Below are positions 1 to 13,093 of a stretch of 64,000 nucleotides of DNA, one piece after another. The DNA is taken from positions 94,505-158,504 of the forward strand of contig MCFE01000133.1 in the NCBI GenBank assembly GCA_002104905.1. Direction: 5' to 3'. The DNA is from Basidiobolus meristosporus CBS 931.73 (Eukaryota; Fungi; Basidiobolomycota). Numbering within the stretch: the first letter of the stretch is position 1; each line of letters opens with the position of its first letter. The notes beneath the pieces were generated by a model. That model saw only the letters and a list, made by a program, of their open reading frames with translations. It was not told the DNA's origin and searched no databases. A program made the translations under genes and the position numbers.

Positions 1-681
1 TAACTTTGCCAATTATTGACCAATTTTACACAAATAAGAAACAGCAGATAGCCTGAGAACGCAGCTCTCTGATGATACATACTATGCTGGGATTCAATCA
101 GTATATGAAAAGTTTTACCCCAATCAAATGGATGATACTCATTCATAGATATTTGCAATGAAATCAGAATTCAGACTCAAAGCAATTTGATCTGAAGTAT
201 GTAATTAACAGTATGAACTTATACTTAGTTATTACAGATAATATGCAATCCTTAACATATATTGGAGAATACATTAGTCCAATAGGTTAGATGGTTAATT
301 GCAGGTTTAATTTCAACCGCAAGATACACAACACCACAGCAAGTTCATAAGTATATGAATATATTATGTGAGTGGGAGTGTTGAAATAATTAGGAGTCCA
401 CCTCATTATTAATATATTATGAACTAGCACTTAGTGAAATGATATATTTCAGATTATCAACATGAAAATTAGTTTGTAAGATATTTACTAATTATTGGGA
501 ATTAGAGAAGTACAGAATTTTAGGAAAATCTGAAACTTGTCCAAATGAGCCAAAACTTGGCACATGTACTCCTGAGACTCCCCTAATAATGACCAAATAG
601 TTGCATTTACATAGTTCTGCAATAGGTATAAATACTGTGTTGCAACTCAATAAAACATCAAGTGAATATCATGTAAATCTT

Positions 682-885
682 CTAATTCTCCAATTCACTT
701 CCAATATATCTCTCTAATATTTCAACATTTTCAACATCTTCTTTCATTCTGGGCCACCATGCTCTGACTTTCACCAGGCTATAGGTTCCTTCAATTCCAG
801 GATGTCCATATCCATTGTGTAGCTCATGTATCAAATCTGGACAAGCAATACCAGGGCAATAGGCAATAGGGCTTTCTCTTGTATG
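682..885 (-). pseudogene. Ty3/gypsy integrase N-terminal (HHCC zinc-binding) fragment
   Basis: Translation LIHELHNGYGHPGIEGTYSLVKVRAWWPRMKEDVEN matches the H-x3-GH...TY...WWPxM pattern of gypsy integrase; joined at ~885 to copia gag sequence. Confidence 0.7.
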
Positions 886-1063
886 ATTATAGGGGGGTAG
901 TCTTCTCCCATAGCAATATCTCAAAGGCCTCTTTCTTGCAGCAGCATTCTGATTGTCACCTTTGACACTGAGCTGTTGGATCTACTCATCTTTTCAGCAA
1001 AGAGAAAGTTTTAGTATTGCAATGATAAATTTTGCAGAGACTGACAGAGTGGGGCACATAACC
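886..1063 (-). mobile_element. copia PBS and 5' gag fragment
   Basis: PBS-like GGTTATGTGCCCC (reverse complement at 1051-1063) next to the LTR, then degenerate MLLQERGL*DIAMGE matching the gag of the 55105-59789 element. Confidence 0.7.
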
Positions 1064-1410
1064 TGTTGCAAGTGTCTTGCAGGTATTAGAATTAATTGGT
1101 AGGACAAGTAGATTATGTGTTATTCACTCAATGATTAATTGAATGTAAAAGTAGTATTTATACTTTGCATTGTGTTGGCATTATATACACATGGAATAGA
1201 TGTAGGAGGTCCCAAGAACATGTGCGCAAAGTTTGAGACTGCCTGGACAACTTTGAGACTTTTCATGTTCTGGGTACCTGATATTATGGTGAAAATATTC
1301 TAAGTAAATCCCAACAAGGAATTTGGTCAGTATTCTCTAGGATTTGCATGTAATGATCTAAGTGACTAAGCTAAATGAATACTTTGGTGGAGTTGCAAAT
1401 TTTTACAACA
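1064..1410 (-). repeat. copia-family LTR shared between two tandem internal segments
   Basis: TGTTG...CAACA ends; aligns to the 349-bp LTR family; RNase H end on one side, PBS+gag on the other. Confidence 0.8.
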
Positions 1411-2460
1411 CTCCTACTAAAATAATGTTCATACTGACTAGTTCTAATTTTGACCTAAGATATTCAAACTTGTCTCTTGCTAATAGTCTGATTGATATGT
1501 CTGTAATCATTTCATATGTAGGATAGTCAGCAAAGTTAACTAAGCTGTTCACTATAGCTTTATATAGGAAATGGTGTCTAATATTGATATGATCAGCTCT
1601 AGCATGAGAAGTTGGATTTTTACCTAATTGTATACATCCTTGATTTTCTTGCAATAGAGTAATAGGTGTTGCTGACATAAGCCTAAATCTTTAAAAAGCC
1701 TCATTAACCATATTGCTTTTGAAGCTTCACATGCTGCCATATACTCTGCCACTGTGGTAGAAAGTACTTCAATTGGTTACTCTCTTAAATTCCATGAATT
1801 TGCTCCTTTACAGTAAAGAAAGGTGTATCTGTTGCAATATTCTGAGGTGTTTATGAAGTGATGTGGAGAACTAGAGCATTTACATGTTGTTCACTTGTAG
1901 ATTTATTGATCATTAGTATGGTATTTATACTTTGGATAAAGTAGAGCAAACAAATGTGTAGAGCTTGCTAAGAAAGGTCCCAAGAATATGTGCACAAAGT
2001 TTGGGGGCTCTTGGGCAGCTTTGAGAAAGATCAATATGTGAGTACCTGATAATTTGGTGAAGATATTCTAAGTAAATCCCAAAAAGAAATTTGATTGGGA
2101 CAGAATGCTAATCAAGGAATAAGATTGATGTGGCCAAGTTAGCATGAATATTTTGGTTACAACCTAATACTTACAGCAGTATCCAGTGGTGGATCTTTTG
2201 GCTTCCAAATTCTGTCCCCAATCAGCATCAGAGTGTCCCACACAAATATGTTCTGAGTCTTTATAGGTGTACCTTGAGTAGCAATCAGCAGTTCCTTTTG
2301 GGTATCTAAAATCCGCTTAACTGCTGTAATATGATCAACCCATAGTTCTGATTATGCTGGCTAACAACTCCCACTGAGCAGGAGATATCTTAATGTGTAC
2401 CAAGCATACTATACATCAGATTGCCAACCATATATTGCTAGGCAACTCAGGGCTTTCACC
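1411..2460 (-). mobile_element. copia RT C-terminus/RNase H relic, interrupted by a degenerate LTR (~1850-2165)
   Basis: ORF 1403-1678 (ENQGCIQLGKNPTSHARADHINIRHHF) is the copia RNase H end; multiple stops. Confidence 0.75.
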
Positions 2461-2687
2461 GCAACAATACCATGCAAATATTGTCACAGCAGCACTCATA
2501 TCTTGTAATGTTTTATCACTTAGTTTGGAAGTAATATTAGCCAAATACCTTTGTGATACTGTCATAAGATTGCTAAAAGGGTCATTAATTCCAACCTGCT
2601 GGTACTATGACAGTCTCTTAATGAGATCCTGATGGCTGATCCAGATTTGATACACCTGCAGAACCAAGTTAGTTTTCAGAGGGTAAA

Positions 2688-5600
2688 TGCTGCAATATGA
2701 TCAGATTCATTGTTCTGATTATGCTGGCTGACAACTCCCACTGATTATGAGATATCTGGACATGCTCCAAGCATGATATAAGTCAGACTGCTGATCCTAG
2801 ACTGATAAAGAAAGTCAGAGCTTTCAGATGGCACCAAGCTCTCTTGATTCAGCTGAGTTTTGACCAAGTTAAGGTTTGTCTCCATTAGGGTAGCTGCCAA
2901 TTTGCAGACTTTGATATGGTACTTATTTAGTATATCTTGAATATACCTGGATTGGCTTAGGGTGATAGTCTGGTACTTCTGTTTATGCAGAGCTTTATCC
3001 CTAAGCAGTAACAGAGTTCTCCTAGGTTGAACATCTTAAACTCTTACAAAGTCTGGGTTTAGTCTCTTCCAATGTCACTAGGTTATTAGTAACTATAATA
3101 AGATCATCAACATATAGAGCTAATAGAGCTGTACTTGCTCTATCTGGCTCATAGTGTATACTGTAGTCAGCATTACTCTGTTTGAAACTCAAAGATCCCA
3201 AATAAAAATCTATTTTTCAATTCCAGGCTCTTTGTAATTGTTTGACTCCATATGGAGACTTTTTAAGCTTGCAGACCAAACAGGGATCATCTTGATCAGC
3301 AAACCCATCAGGCTGGCTCATATACATGTCCTCATCAAGTCCTCCATTTAAAAATGCAGTTTTTACATCCTTTGGATGAATAAACAACTAATATTTAGCT
3401 GCAATTGCTAATATTAATCTAATAAAATTAAACTTGGCTTTCAGTGCAAAGGTCTCAGTATAGTCAGGTCTGTTTGTTTGAGAGTATCCTTTGGCCACAA
3501 GTCTTGCTGTGTATCTTTCAACTGTACCACCAGCCTTGTATTTTGTCTTAAGGACCCATCTGCATTCAATTGATCATTGGTTGATTGGTAGTTTGACCAA
3601 GTCCCAAGTTTGATTTTTCATCAGGGCCTGACATTCCTCAGTAATTGCAGATCTCCAAAACTTTGTCTGAGGGCTATTTAGGGCCTCTTTAACAGCCTAG
3701 GGCTCATTAATATGGACTGAATAGGCATAGGCTAAGTTGGTACCCTCCTCAATATACTAATTGGGGCTGTTTCTAGTCTGGCTGGATCTATGGGCATTTG
3801 ATACTGTAATGATCACCTTTGAGATATTTTTGGGCACTTCTTCTGGCTGAGCCACTGTTCTAGAATCATCTGGAATGAAAAAATTCTCATTGTTTTGCTC
3901 TATTCAATCCTGACAAGAGATGGACTGGAGTTCAGATTTTCATCATTATATGACGTCATTTTTTGTAAAATTTTTGAATTTTTGTCAAATGACATATCCC
4001 TGGACTTGCTTAGCTTCTTTGATCTTGTACAGTAGAGTCTGTATGCTTTACTCTCCTTGCAGTAGCTCAAGAATATGCATTTTAGACTTTTTAGCTCAAA
4101 TTTTGACTGATTTCTAGGCAGTTTCTTAGCATATGCTATACACCCAAGTGTTCTTATATGTTCTGCACCTGACCTGTATCCATACCATGCTTAAAGTAGA
4201 GTAGAATCACATAGTACACCATTGTAACTCATTTTCAAAGGTATACAGCAGTGGCAACTGATTCTGCTCAAACATCATAGGATATTTTTTGATCATAGAT
4301 CATGGATCCTGCCATAACAATATTTGATCTGTTTGCACATTCTGCTGCTACACTTGGCTGTGTGGAGTATGGTACAGTAGTCTCCTGCTTTATTCTATGA
4401 GCGTTGCATAAGTGGATGTAGAGTTTTGAGGTATATTCTGCACCATTACCAGAGCCTATTTTCTTGATTTTTTCACCAGTCTCTCTTTCCACCATGACTG
4501 TGAGCTCCCTGAACTTAGACAGAGCTTCTTCATTTCTCTACATGAAGTAGACCAACTTGTATCTTGTATATTCATCATTAAAAGTGATCATACTGCATCC
4601 TGCCTAATAATAAATTTTGCATAGGATCACATATATGTGAGCAAACCAAATCTAATTTTTCTTATTTTTGATTAGCCCAGATCTCTTGAATGGTTGTCTG
4701 GCGCGTTTCCCAAATATGCAGGCTTCACTGTGCTCTGTATTAGCTGGGGGATCAACTTACTCCCAAAACTAGCTGATCTTTGAATGTATTGCACAAATAA
4801 TCAAAATTGATGTACCCAAATCTCCCATGCCAAAGTATTGGTGTTTCTTCATTCAAGTTACTTATAATGGCTTCCAGATATGATGGAATATTAGTCAACT
4901 TATACTGATTCTGATCTCTGATGCTCAAAGCAATATGTGCACCATTTGGATCAGTGATGCTGCATCCAAAATAGTTAAAGCCAAAACTGAGTCCTTCTGC
5001 TGCATCCTTGCTTACAGTTAGTAAGTACCTGATTATTTCTGGTACATAGAAAACTTCCTCAAAGGTCAATGTATGACTTCATTCTCTGCTTCAAAGGTCA
5101 ACTGGGACAGTTCCTTCTCCCACTGCTTCAATTGCTCTCTTCTCACCCATGAAAGCCTTCATAGTTGGAAATTCTTGACATTGGATTAAAAGTTCTTTTT
5201 GGTGTATGAATTGTTGAGATGCTCCAGAATCTGTTTACCTTGTCTGAGAATCCTTGCTTATGGTCATATTCAGTACAGATTTGAATAGTCTATCTTTAGT
5301 TGTTGCAGCATTTGTGTATTCAGGCTTTTTCTGCCAACTATCTCACTTTTTAAGTACCAGTCTGATGTGCATCCTTTCCTTTTGCAGTGGTTGCAAAACA
5401 GACTCATATTGCCTTTAAAAGGTCTTTGGTATTTTTTTTGTTGGTTATACTTGATTATTACAGCATTTTACTCTTTCATCTTATTGGAGTTGATGTTCCC
5501 ATTTCTTCATCCAGGACCTTTGCATATACAAAATTAGGATCAAATCCTATATTCTGAACTCTAAGGCTGCTTCTAGGCCTTGAAATCTATCTGTCAGGCT

Positions 5601-6442
5601 ATTCAGGATGGTTACTAACACCTGCTGATCAGTAGTTGTTACAGCAACAGATCAGATCTACACACAGGGTTATTCTGTAAATTAGATTTTTCACTTCTTC
5701 TCCTGCCAGCATCTTGGTAGTAAAAAATCTTTGTCTAAGTTACATTTTATTGGCAGCTGAACATGACTGGTAGGTGTTGTCTGATGCCTTCCAAGCATTC
5801 TTTGCCATTTTTGCATGTGAGCATTGAATAAGCAATTTGTCTTCAATATTAAGGCAAATGCAGTTACTGGCTCTTTGTTCTTTCTTCTTATACTTAAGAA
5901 TTCCTCTCCAATGCTTTTAGGAGGGTATTCTTATTCTATGACAATATCCCAAAGGCCTATCTCTTATAGGAGCATCTTCATTTTCACCTTTCACACCTGG
6001 TAGTTAGATCCATCCAGCTTTTCAGCAGAGGAAGAAATCTCAGTAATAGTGGTAGTAGACATTACAGAGAGTGACAGCTTGTGGCTCATAACCTGTTGTA
6101 AGGGTCTTGGAGATATTGGAAGTTGTTGAGAGAACAAGCTTATTATATGGTTTGCAGTTAATGATTTGTTAAATGCAAAATTGGTACTTATACTTTTACA
6201 TGGTCTTGGCTCACCAAACATGTAAAATGGGTATTGGAAGATCCCAAAACCCTATGCGCAAAGTTTGAGGCTGTTTCAACAACTTTGAGAATTTTCATGT
6301 TCTGGGCACCTGATGTTATGGTGAAAATATTCTAGGTAACTCTCAACAAGGATTTTGGTCAGTACTCTCTGAGATTTGAAGGTAATGATCTAAGTGACTA
6401 ACTTAGGTCAATATCTAGGTGGAAATACAAATTTTTACAACA
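2688..6442 (-). mobile_element. copia relic A: 5' LTR 6094-6442, PBS, decayed gag-PR-IN-RT, truncated in RT
   Basis: LTR TGTTG...CAACA; PBS GGTTATGAGCCAC; fragments KIGSGNGAEYTS (integrase) and AEKLDGSNYQV (gag); many stops. Confidence 0.85.
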
Positions 6443-9400
6443 AGAATTACCCTGCTGGTGGAAGTGATGGAATCTGTGGGCTTACCAACTACTGATGAGG
6501 ATATGATAGTAATCATCCTGATTAGCCCAACAGAGAGGTATCTGGGTCTTGTGTCTACTCTAGAGTGCAGAACTGAAGATTTGACCTTAAACTAAATATA
6601 TGGAAGGCTCCTTGATGAAGAATTAAGAAAATTAAGTGCCAACAAGAAGGAAGAAGAAAATGCTTTAACATGCAATGAAGACCAACAAAAGAGATACTCA
6701 AGACCTGTGAAAGGCAATAGCAACCTGTTTTGCAACTACAGCCAAAGGAAAAGACAAACATCAGACTGGTGCTGCAAAAAGTGACATAGTCAGTAGAAAA
6801 AGCTTGAATATGGAAATGATGCAAAAACTGAAGATAGACTACTCATATCTGCACTGAATATGACCAGAAACAAGGATTCTCAGACATAGTTTACTGACTC
6901 TGGAGCATCTCAAAAACTTACACACCAAAAAGAAATGTTTACCTAATATCAAGAAATCCCAATTATCAAGGTTTTCATGGGTGACAAGAGAGCAATTGAT
7001 GCAGTGGGAGAAGGAACTATCCAAGTTGATCTTAGATGCAGGGAAGGAAGTCATACATTGCCCTTAAAAGAAGTACTCTATGTACCAGAAACTGCTAAGA
7101 ACCTACTAACTGTAAGCAAGGACACACCAGAAGGACTCAGTTTCAGCTCTAACTATTCTGGATGCAGGATCACTGATCCAAATGGTGCTCATATTACTTT
7201 GGGTATCCGAGATCATAATCTGCATAAGTTGACTAATATTCCATCATATCTGGAAGCCAATATATGTAACTTGAATGAAGAAACACCAATACTTTGGCAT
7301 GGCAGATATGGACACATTAATTTTGATTATTTGTGCTAAACCATCAAAGATCAGCAAATTACTGAAGTAAAATTGATCTGCCCAGCGTATTTGAAGCACT
7401 GTGAAGCCTGCATATATAGAAAACAAGCCAAGCAGCTGTTCAAGAGCTCTGGGTTAGTCAAAACTAAGAAAAAATTTGATCTTATTCACTCAGGTCTGTG
7501 TGGACCTATTCAACATGTATCCTTAGGCAGGATGCAATGTTGAATCACTTTTATTGATGTTTATACAAGATTCATGTAGGCCTTCTTCATGGAGAGAAAG
7601 GAAGAAGCTCTGTCTAAGTTCAAGGAGTCTAAAGCCATGGTGGAAAGAGAAACTGGTGAAAAATCAGAAAAATACACTGTGACAATGGTGAAGAACATAC
7701 CTCAAAACTCTCCATCCACTTCTGCAATGCTTGTAGGATAAAGCAAGAGACTACTGTACCCTACTCCCCACAGCCAAATAGAGTAGCAGAACATGCTAAA
7801 AAAATCTATAATTAACATGGCAAGATCTATGATCCATGATCAAAAATTATCCAATGAATTTTGGGCAGAATCAGTTGCCACAGCTGTATACCTTAAAAGT
7901 AGGACTTATAATAGAATACTCTGTGATTCTACTGCATTCAGAGCATGGTATGGATACAGAACAAATGCAGAACATCTAAGAATATTTGGGTGTAAAGCAT
8001 ATGCTAAGAATCTGCCCAGAAATCAGTCAAAATTTGAGCCAAAAGGTGTAAAATGCATATTTTTGAGCCCCTGCAATGAAAGTAAAGCATACAGACTCTA
8101 CAATACTAAAGCAAAGAAGCTAATCAAGCTCAGGGATGTGTTGCTTGTGAAAATTCAAAGATATTACAAAAAATGACATCAGATGATGACAAAAGTTCAA
8201 TTTTAAGTCTACCAATTGCAAGGTTTGAACCAGAGCAAGGCAGTACAGAATATTTCACTCCAGAGGATGCTACAAGCATTTTTCAGCCTGAGATGGTGCC
8301 CATGAATATCCCATAAGTGATCATTCCAATATCAAATGCCCATAGATCCAACCAGACTAGAAACAGCCTTAATTACTATATCAAGGAGGGTACCAACTTA
8401 GCCTATGCCTATTCAGTCCATATTAATGAGCCCTAGGCTGTTAAAGAGGCCCTAAATAACCCTCAGACAAAGTTTTGGAGATCTGCAATTACTGAGGAAT
8501 GTCAGGCCCTGATGGAAAATCAAACTTGGGACTTGGTCAAACTACCAATCAACCAATGATCAATTGAATGCAGATGGGTCCTTAAGACAAAATACAAGGC
8601 TGGTGGTACAGTTGAGAGATACAGAGCAAGACTTGTGGCCAAAGGATACTCTCAAACAAACAGACCTGACTATACTGAGACCTTTGCACTGGAAGCCAAG
8701 TTTAATTTCATCAGGTTAATATTGGCAATTGCAGCCAAATACAAGTATTTTATTCATCCAAAGGATGTTAAAGCTGCTTTTTTGACTGGAGAACTTGATG
8801 AGGAAATGTATATGGACCAGCCTGACAGGTTTGTTGACCACAATGAGCCCTGTTTGGTCTGCAAGCTTAAAAGTCTCTGTATGGACTCAAACAATCACCA
8901 AGAGCCTGGAATTGCCAGATAGATTTTTATTTGGATTATCTGAGGCTCAAAAGGAGTAATGCTGACTATAGTATATACTATAAGCCAGATAGAGCAAATC
9001 CAGTCCTATTAGCTCTATATATAGATGGTCTTATTACAGCTGCCAATAACCTCAAAACATTGCAAGGGGCTAAATCCAGCCTTTCTAACAAGCTCAAGAT
9101 GTCCAATCTAGGAGAACTCAGTTACTACTTAGGGATAAAGTTCTCCATAGACCAAAGTACCAAAACTTTCACCCTAAGCCAGTCCAAGTGTATCCAAGAT
9201 ATACCAAGGAAGTATTAAACTGAAGTCTGTAAACTGGCAGCTATCCCAATGGAGACAATCCTTAACTTGGTCAAAACGCAACCAAATCAAGGGAGCTTGG
9301 TGCCATCTGAAAGCTCTGACTTTCCTTATCAGTCTAGAATCAGCAGTCTGACTTATATCATGCTTGGAACATGTCCAGATATCTCATATTCAGTGGCAGT

Positions 9401-9446
9401 TGTCAGCCAGCATAATCAGAACAATGAATCTGATCATATTGCAGCA
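6443..9446 (+). mobile_element. copia relic B: mid-gag to RT, no LTRs
   Basis: ORFs 6977-7339, 7793-8176, 8635-9458 give GAG-pre-integrase, integrase and RT (AKGYSQ...PDISYSV) fragments. Confidence 0.85.
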
Positions 9447-10336
9447 TTTACCCTCTGAAAACTAACTTGGTTCTGCAGGTGGATCCAATCTGGATCAGCC
9501 ATCAGGATCTCATTAAGAGACTGTCATAGTACCAGCAGCTTGGAATTAGTGACCCTTTAACAATCTTATGACAGAATCACAAAGGTATTTGGCTAATTTT
9601 ACTTCCAAATTAAGTGATAAAACATCAAAAGATATGATTGGTACTGTGACAATATTTGCATGGTATTGTTGCAGTCTTATTGTGCTCTACAACTGTTTCA
9701 AATGGATCCAACTGGTCAGGACATCTAATGGCCTTATATGACAAGAAACTTGATGGTATCTCACCAGCCTCACAGCAAGACTCTGATGGGATTATATTGG
9801 CAGTGTGGCAGTGTGGCAGCCTACAGCTGGTTCCATATAATGCTACTGTACCAATTTACCAAATGGTATTTCCTTTTTCTACCTCCCCATATGCAATTCA
9901 TATATTCCACTGTAGAATCACCCCTCTTTATTTGCTTACCCACTACTACCTTGGGTATTCCACATACAGTTTAAATCAAGAAAACCATGGCCTTCTGCTT
10001 ACTAACCTCTGCAAATGCACACACCTGCTGTAATTGACATATTTCTATCACCTCAACTCTATGGATTTTTAGTGTGATACTTGCAAAGTTGCCATATACC
10101 TTGTACTGTTGGTAAAGTATACATCTTGCAAACATATGCTTGGTTATTGCCACTTCTGCCATGAATACCTCCTGAATATCTGCAAAGAACTTCTTGGTAT
10201 TTAGCCAATATATTCCTTCTCCCTGCTGGATTCTAGTCCCCCTTATAGGTGTGCTCTGGCACTTGTTTGTGTGAATTCCATATTGAATGGCATATAAGTT
10301 GGCTTGTGACTAAGAGTATTATGGTATACCATGGTA
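9447..10336 (-). mobile_element. non-copia segment, probable 3' part of the CACTA-like element split by the gypsy insertion
   Basis: Continuous with 18196-19560 once the gypsy and one GAGTT copy are removed; no copia similarity; decayed and CpG-poor. Confidence 0.45.
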
Positions 10337-10341
10337 GAGTT

Positions 10342-10728
10342 TGTGGGTTATTACTGACTGTACTTGGTGAGTGGGAGAGCTTGTAGGTCAAGTCAGTACC
10401 ACTTGGTTCAGAATAGCTTCCGATAGAAGGTAGCAAGGTAATAAAGACTTCTGTTTATTTCGTCCAATTCTTGTTGTTCTTCCTGGTTCAATTGGGTAGA
10501 TATATATATCACTTGGGGGGGCTTAGACAATAGACAATGTGTTATAAAATAGGGGTGTGAACACCTTCCTGTTATGGTAAGTGTTCTAACTAGATAAGGG
10601 CAGGGATAGGAGGGGAGGACGCGTGGGGGAATCATAGGGAGGGTACTGGAGGACTTTGGGTAGGACTCTGGAGGGAACTCTTGGGAGAACTCTTGGGCAA
10701 AGAGTGGGTACTACATTGAGTACTCACA
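10342..10728 (-). repeat. gypsy 3' LTR
   Basis: Differs from 17804-18190 at ~5 of 387 positions by eye, 3 of them at CpG. Confidence 0.95.
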
Positions 10729-10772
10729 TATCCCAGGGGTTAAGTGGGAGCTTTGTCCTCAAAGTTCTTTGA

Positions 10773-11966
10773 CTAACTCGCTTCTCCAGGATTGATTTCG
10801 TTTACGGAGCATGGGGAGTCACTGTAGTACCATTGCTGGTTGTCACTTGCGAGGGGATTGCGGGCAAGTACCTGATACCATTTGGTGGCAGAATGGGGTG
10901 CGGCCTGTGTTGCTTGAGGGATGTTTTCCACAGAGCCAAATAGTTGGTAAACCATAGGGTTCTGGGTAAGTTCCTTGGGAGGGTTGGAGAACAAGAAAAG
11001 GTGCAATAGCGCAATAAAGTCTTGCTTCTTTATCTTGCAAACGTTATTGGAGCTTGTCCTTTTTGTGTTCAATATGACGGCGGGGGACCTTTTGAAGAGG
11101 GCGTACACTCAGTTGGCAGTCACCCGTTGTCGATAACAAGTTTTTGCTTCTTCCAAGACGTATTGTAGTTCTTCCGTAGAAACTGTGGCGCAATCAAGGC
11201 GCTTTCGTACTTGCCTCATGGTTTCTACAGAATCCGTGGCGGTTTCTTCGGCTTCTTGGAGTTGGACTTTGTACTGATTCCTGAGTTGTCCTATGGTAAA
11301 CCACTGTAATAGTTGCAACACAGCAACTTGGTGGATCACATGGGTTAACTGGCCGGTGTATTTAATCCGTTTGCGTATCTTCTCTAAGATGGTTCCTTCT
11401 TGGAAATGTGGTTCGAGATGTTTGCAAATTTCTTGGAGGAGTCCTTCAATCGGGAGTTCTACTTCTGGTGCTCTTGCAGCTTGTACCAGGTCTGCATATA
11501 CCTCAACAACCATTGTACCTATTAATGGCAAGTATGCAACAAAACAGGGGGGCTCTCGAGGTCTCGTGAGGGCGTGACAGTTGATTCCTTGTGTCTTCTG
11601 TCTGACTGTGTCCAGTATGGATACGGGAATCAGTGCGGCGTCCTTCTCCTTAATGATCAAGGAACCTCCTCTTAGGTGGTACACGGTCTTCTTGGGTAGT
11701 ATCTCCATGCTTTGTATTGGCGTGGGTAACTTGTCTCGTCCCTCTCTGATTGTGTCTTGTATTAGCGTGACTGCTCTGGCAAACGACTCTTCATAGGTGG
11801 CTCTCGTTGTATGTAACGCTTGTACCATATCTCTTAACACTTGCAGGTCAGTTTTGTTTTCAATATCATCTTGGTTCTTGCTAGTGGGAGGGGTATTGCC
11901 AGTTTTGGGTGAACTGTTTCCTTTGGCACTTTCCATATGCGTTCTTTTGTTCTCCCCTTTGGGCAA
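10773..11966 (-). pseudogene. extra ORF3 of the gypsy element (~390 codons, one in-frame TGA at 11109-11111), function unknown
   Basis: ORFs 11109-11966 and 10773-11108 are in the same frame, separated by one TGA; first ATG at 11936; lies between integrase and the 3' LTR. Confidence 0.7.
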
Positions 11967-12071
11967 ACTCCCTTGCGCATATTATTTGTACCTATATCGA
12001 CTAAAATCTCCTCTGATAAACTTCAAATGTATCCCGTGTCTTCCTCTATCCTTGTCCTGATAATTGTTTAA

Positions 12072-13093
12072 TCACACTTTGGTCTCAGTGATGATCGGTG
12101 GATCATCATGAAACGGTTTCAGATGGGCTGGCGCTATGTTGCTGATTGTCTTATTATTCAGAGTGATGGTGTACTTTGGTCCATGGTCCAAACTGATAAC
12201 AGTGCATGGGCCAATCCATCGGGGTGTAAATTGTGGGCAGAACTTGAGGCCTGCAACGGTTTGGTCGTACCACACCTTATCGCCTGGTTTCCACTTTTGT
12301 CTTGTTAGTTTCTCATTTTTGGGTGGAGGGGGAAGGTGCTTGTCGACATTTTTGAATACTTTTATTTATAGGTGGGCGATACGGTGTATCAACCTTTCTA
12401 TATAGTTGTTATGTGTCGTCAGGGGGACACCTTCCATCGTCAATCCAGCTTCCTCCCGCCACTTGGGTCTTCGTCCATATAGGATTTCATATGGGGAGAA
12501 ACCCGTCGTTTTATTTGGTGTGGTGCGCATTGCTAGGAGTGTCAGTGGGAGCAGCTTGGCCCATGATTGGGGAAGTTCCCAGTGAAGCTTCTCCAGTATG
12601 CGGCAACACGTCTGGTTCATCCTCTCGGTTAATCCGTTAGTCTGGGGGTGATACGCGGCCGTGAAGACTTGTTTCACGCCCATCATTTTGCACAGGTGGG
12701 CCACGGTGTTGTTCAGGAAGGAACCACCATTGTTGGACAGGAGTATCTGAGGATATCCGTGTCGGCAGATGAGGTGTTCTAGAATGAATTGGGCGGTTGT
12801 CTTCTGATCTTTATTGCGGACGGCTTGGGCTTCTACCCACTTTGAGAAATAATTGGTAGCGATTATTATGTATTGTTCTCCTTTCTTTGTTTTCATAAAG
12901 GGGCCAACAAAGTCAATCCCTACTCGGTGGAAGGGCAGGTCAACCGGTATTGGTGCGGTTGTCCCTATCTTCTGACTCCGGTTGAATCTTTTGCAAGTGG
13001 TGCATCTTTGTAACGTATTCGTAACGTTGGTCATCATTTTTCGCCAATAAAACATTTTTCTTAACATCTTATATGTTGTTAGGGGGTTAGCGT
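12072..13093 (-). pseudogene. gypsy integrase core and C-terminal region
   Basis: GIDFVGPF, ILLSNNGGSF (DNG-like), YHPQTNGLTERMN, PRWIGPCTV. Confidence 0.9.

Noticed and set aside
420-660. Very degenerate LTR-like sequence at the window start
   Set aside because: Only a short core resembles the copia LTR; boundaries cannot be supported.
10408-10635. 75-aa ORF duplicated at 17870-18097
   Set aside because: Lies wholly within the two gypsy LTRs; no protein features.
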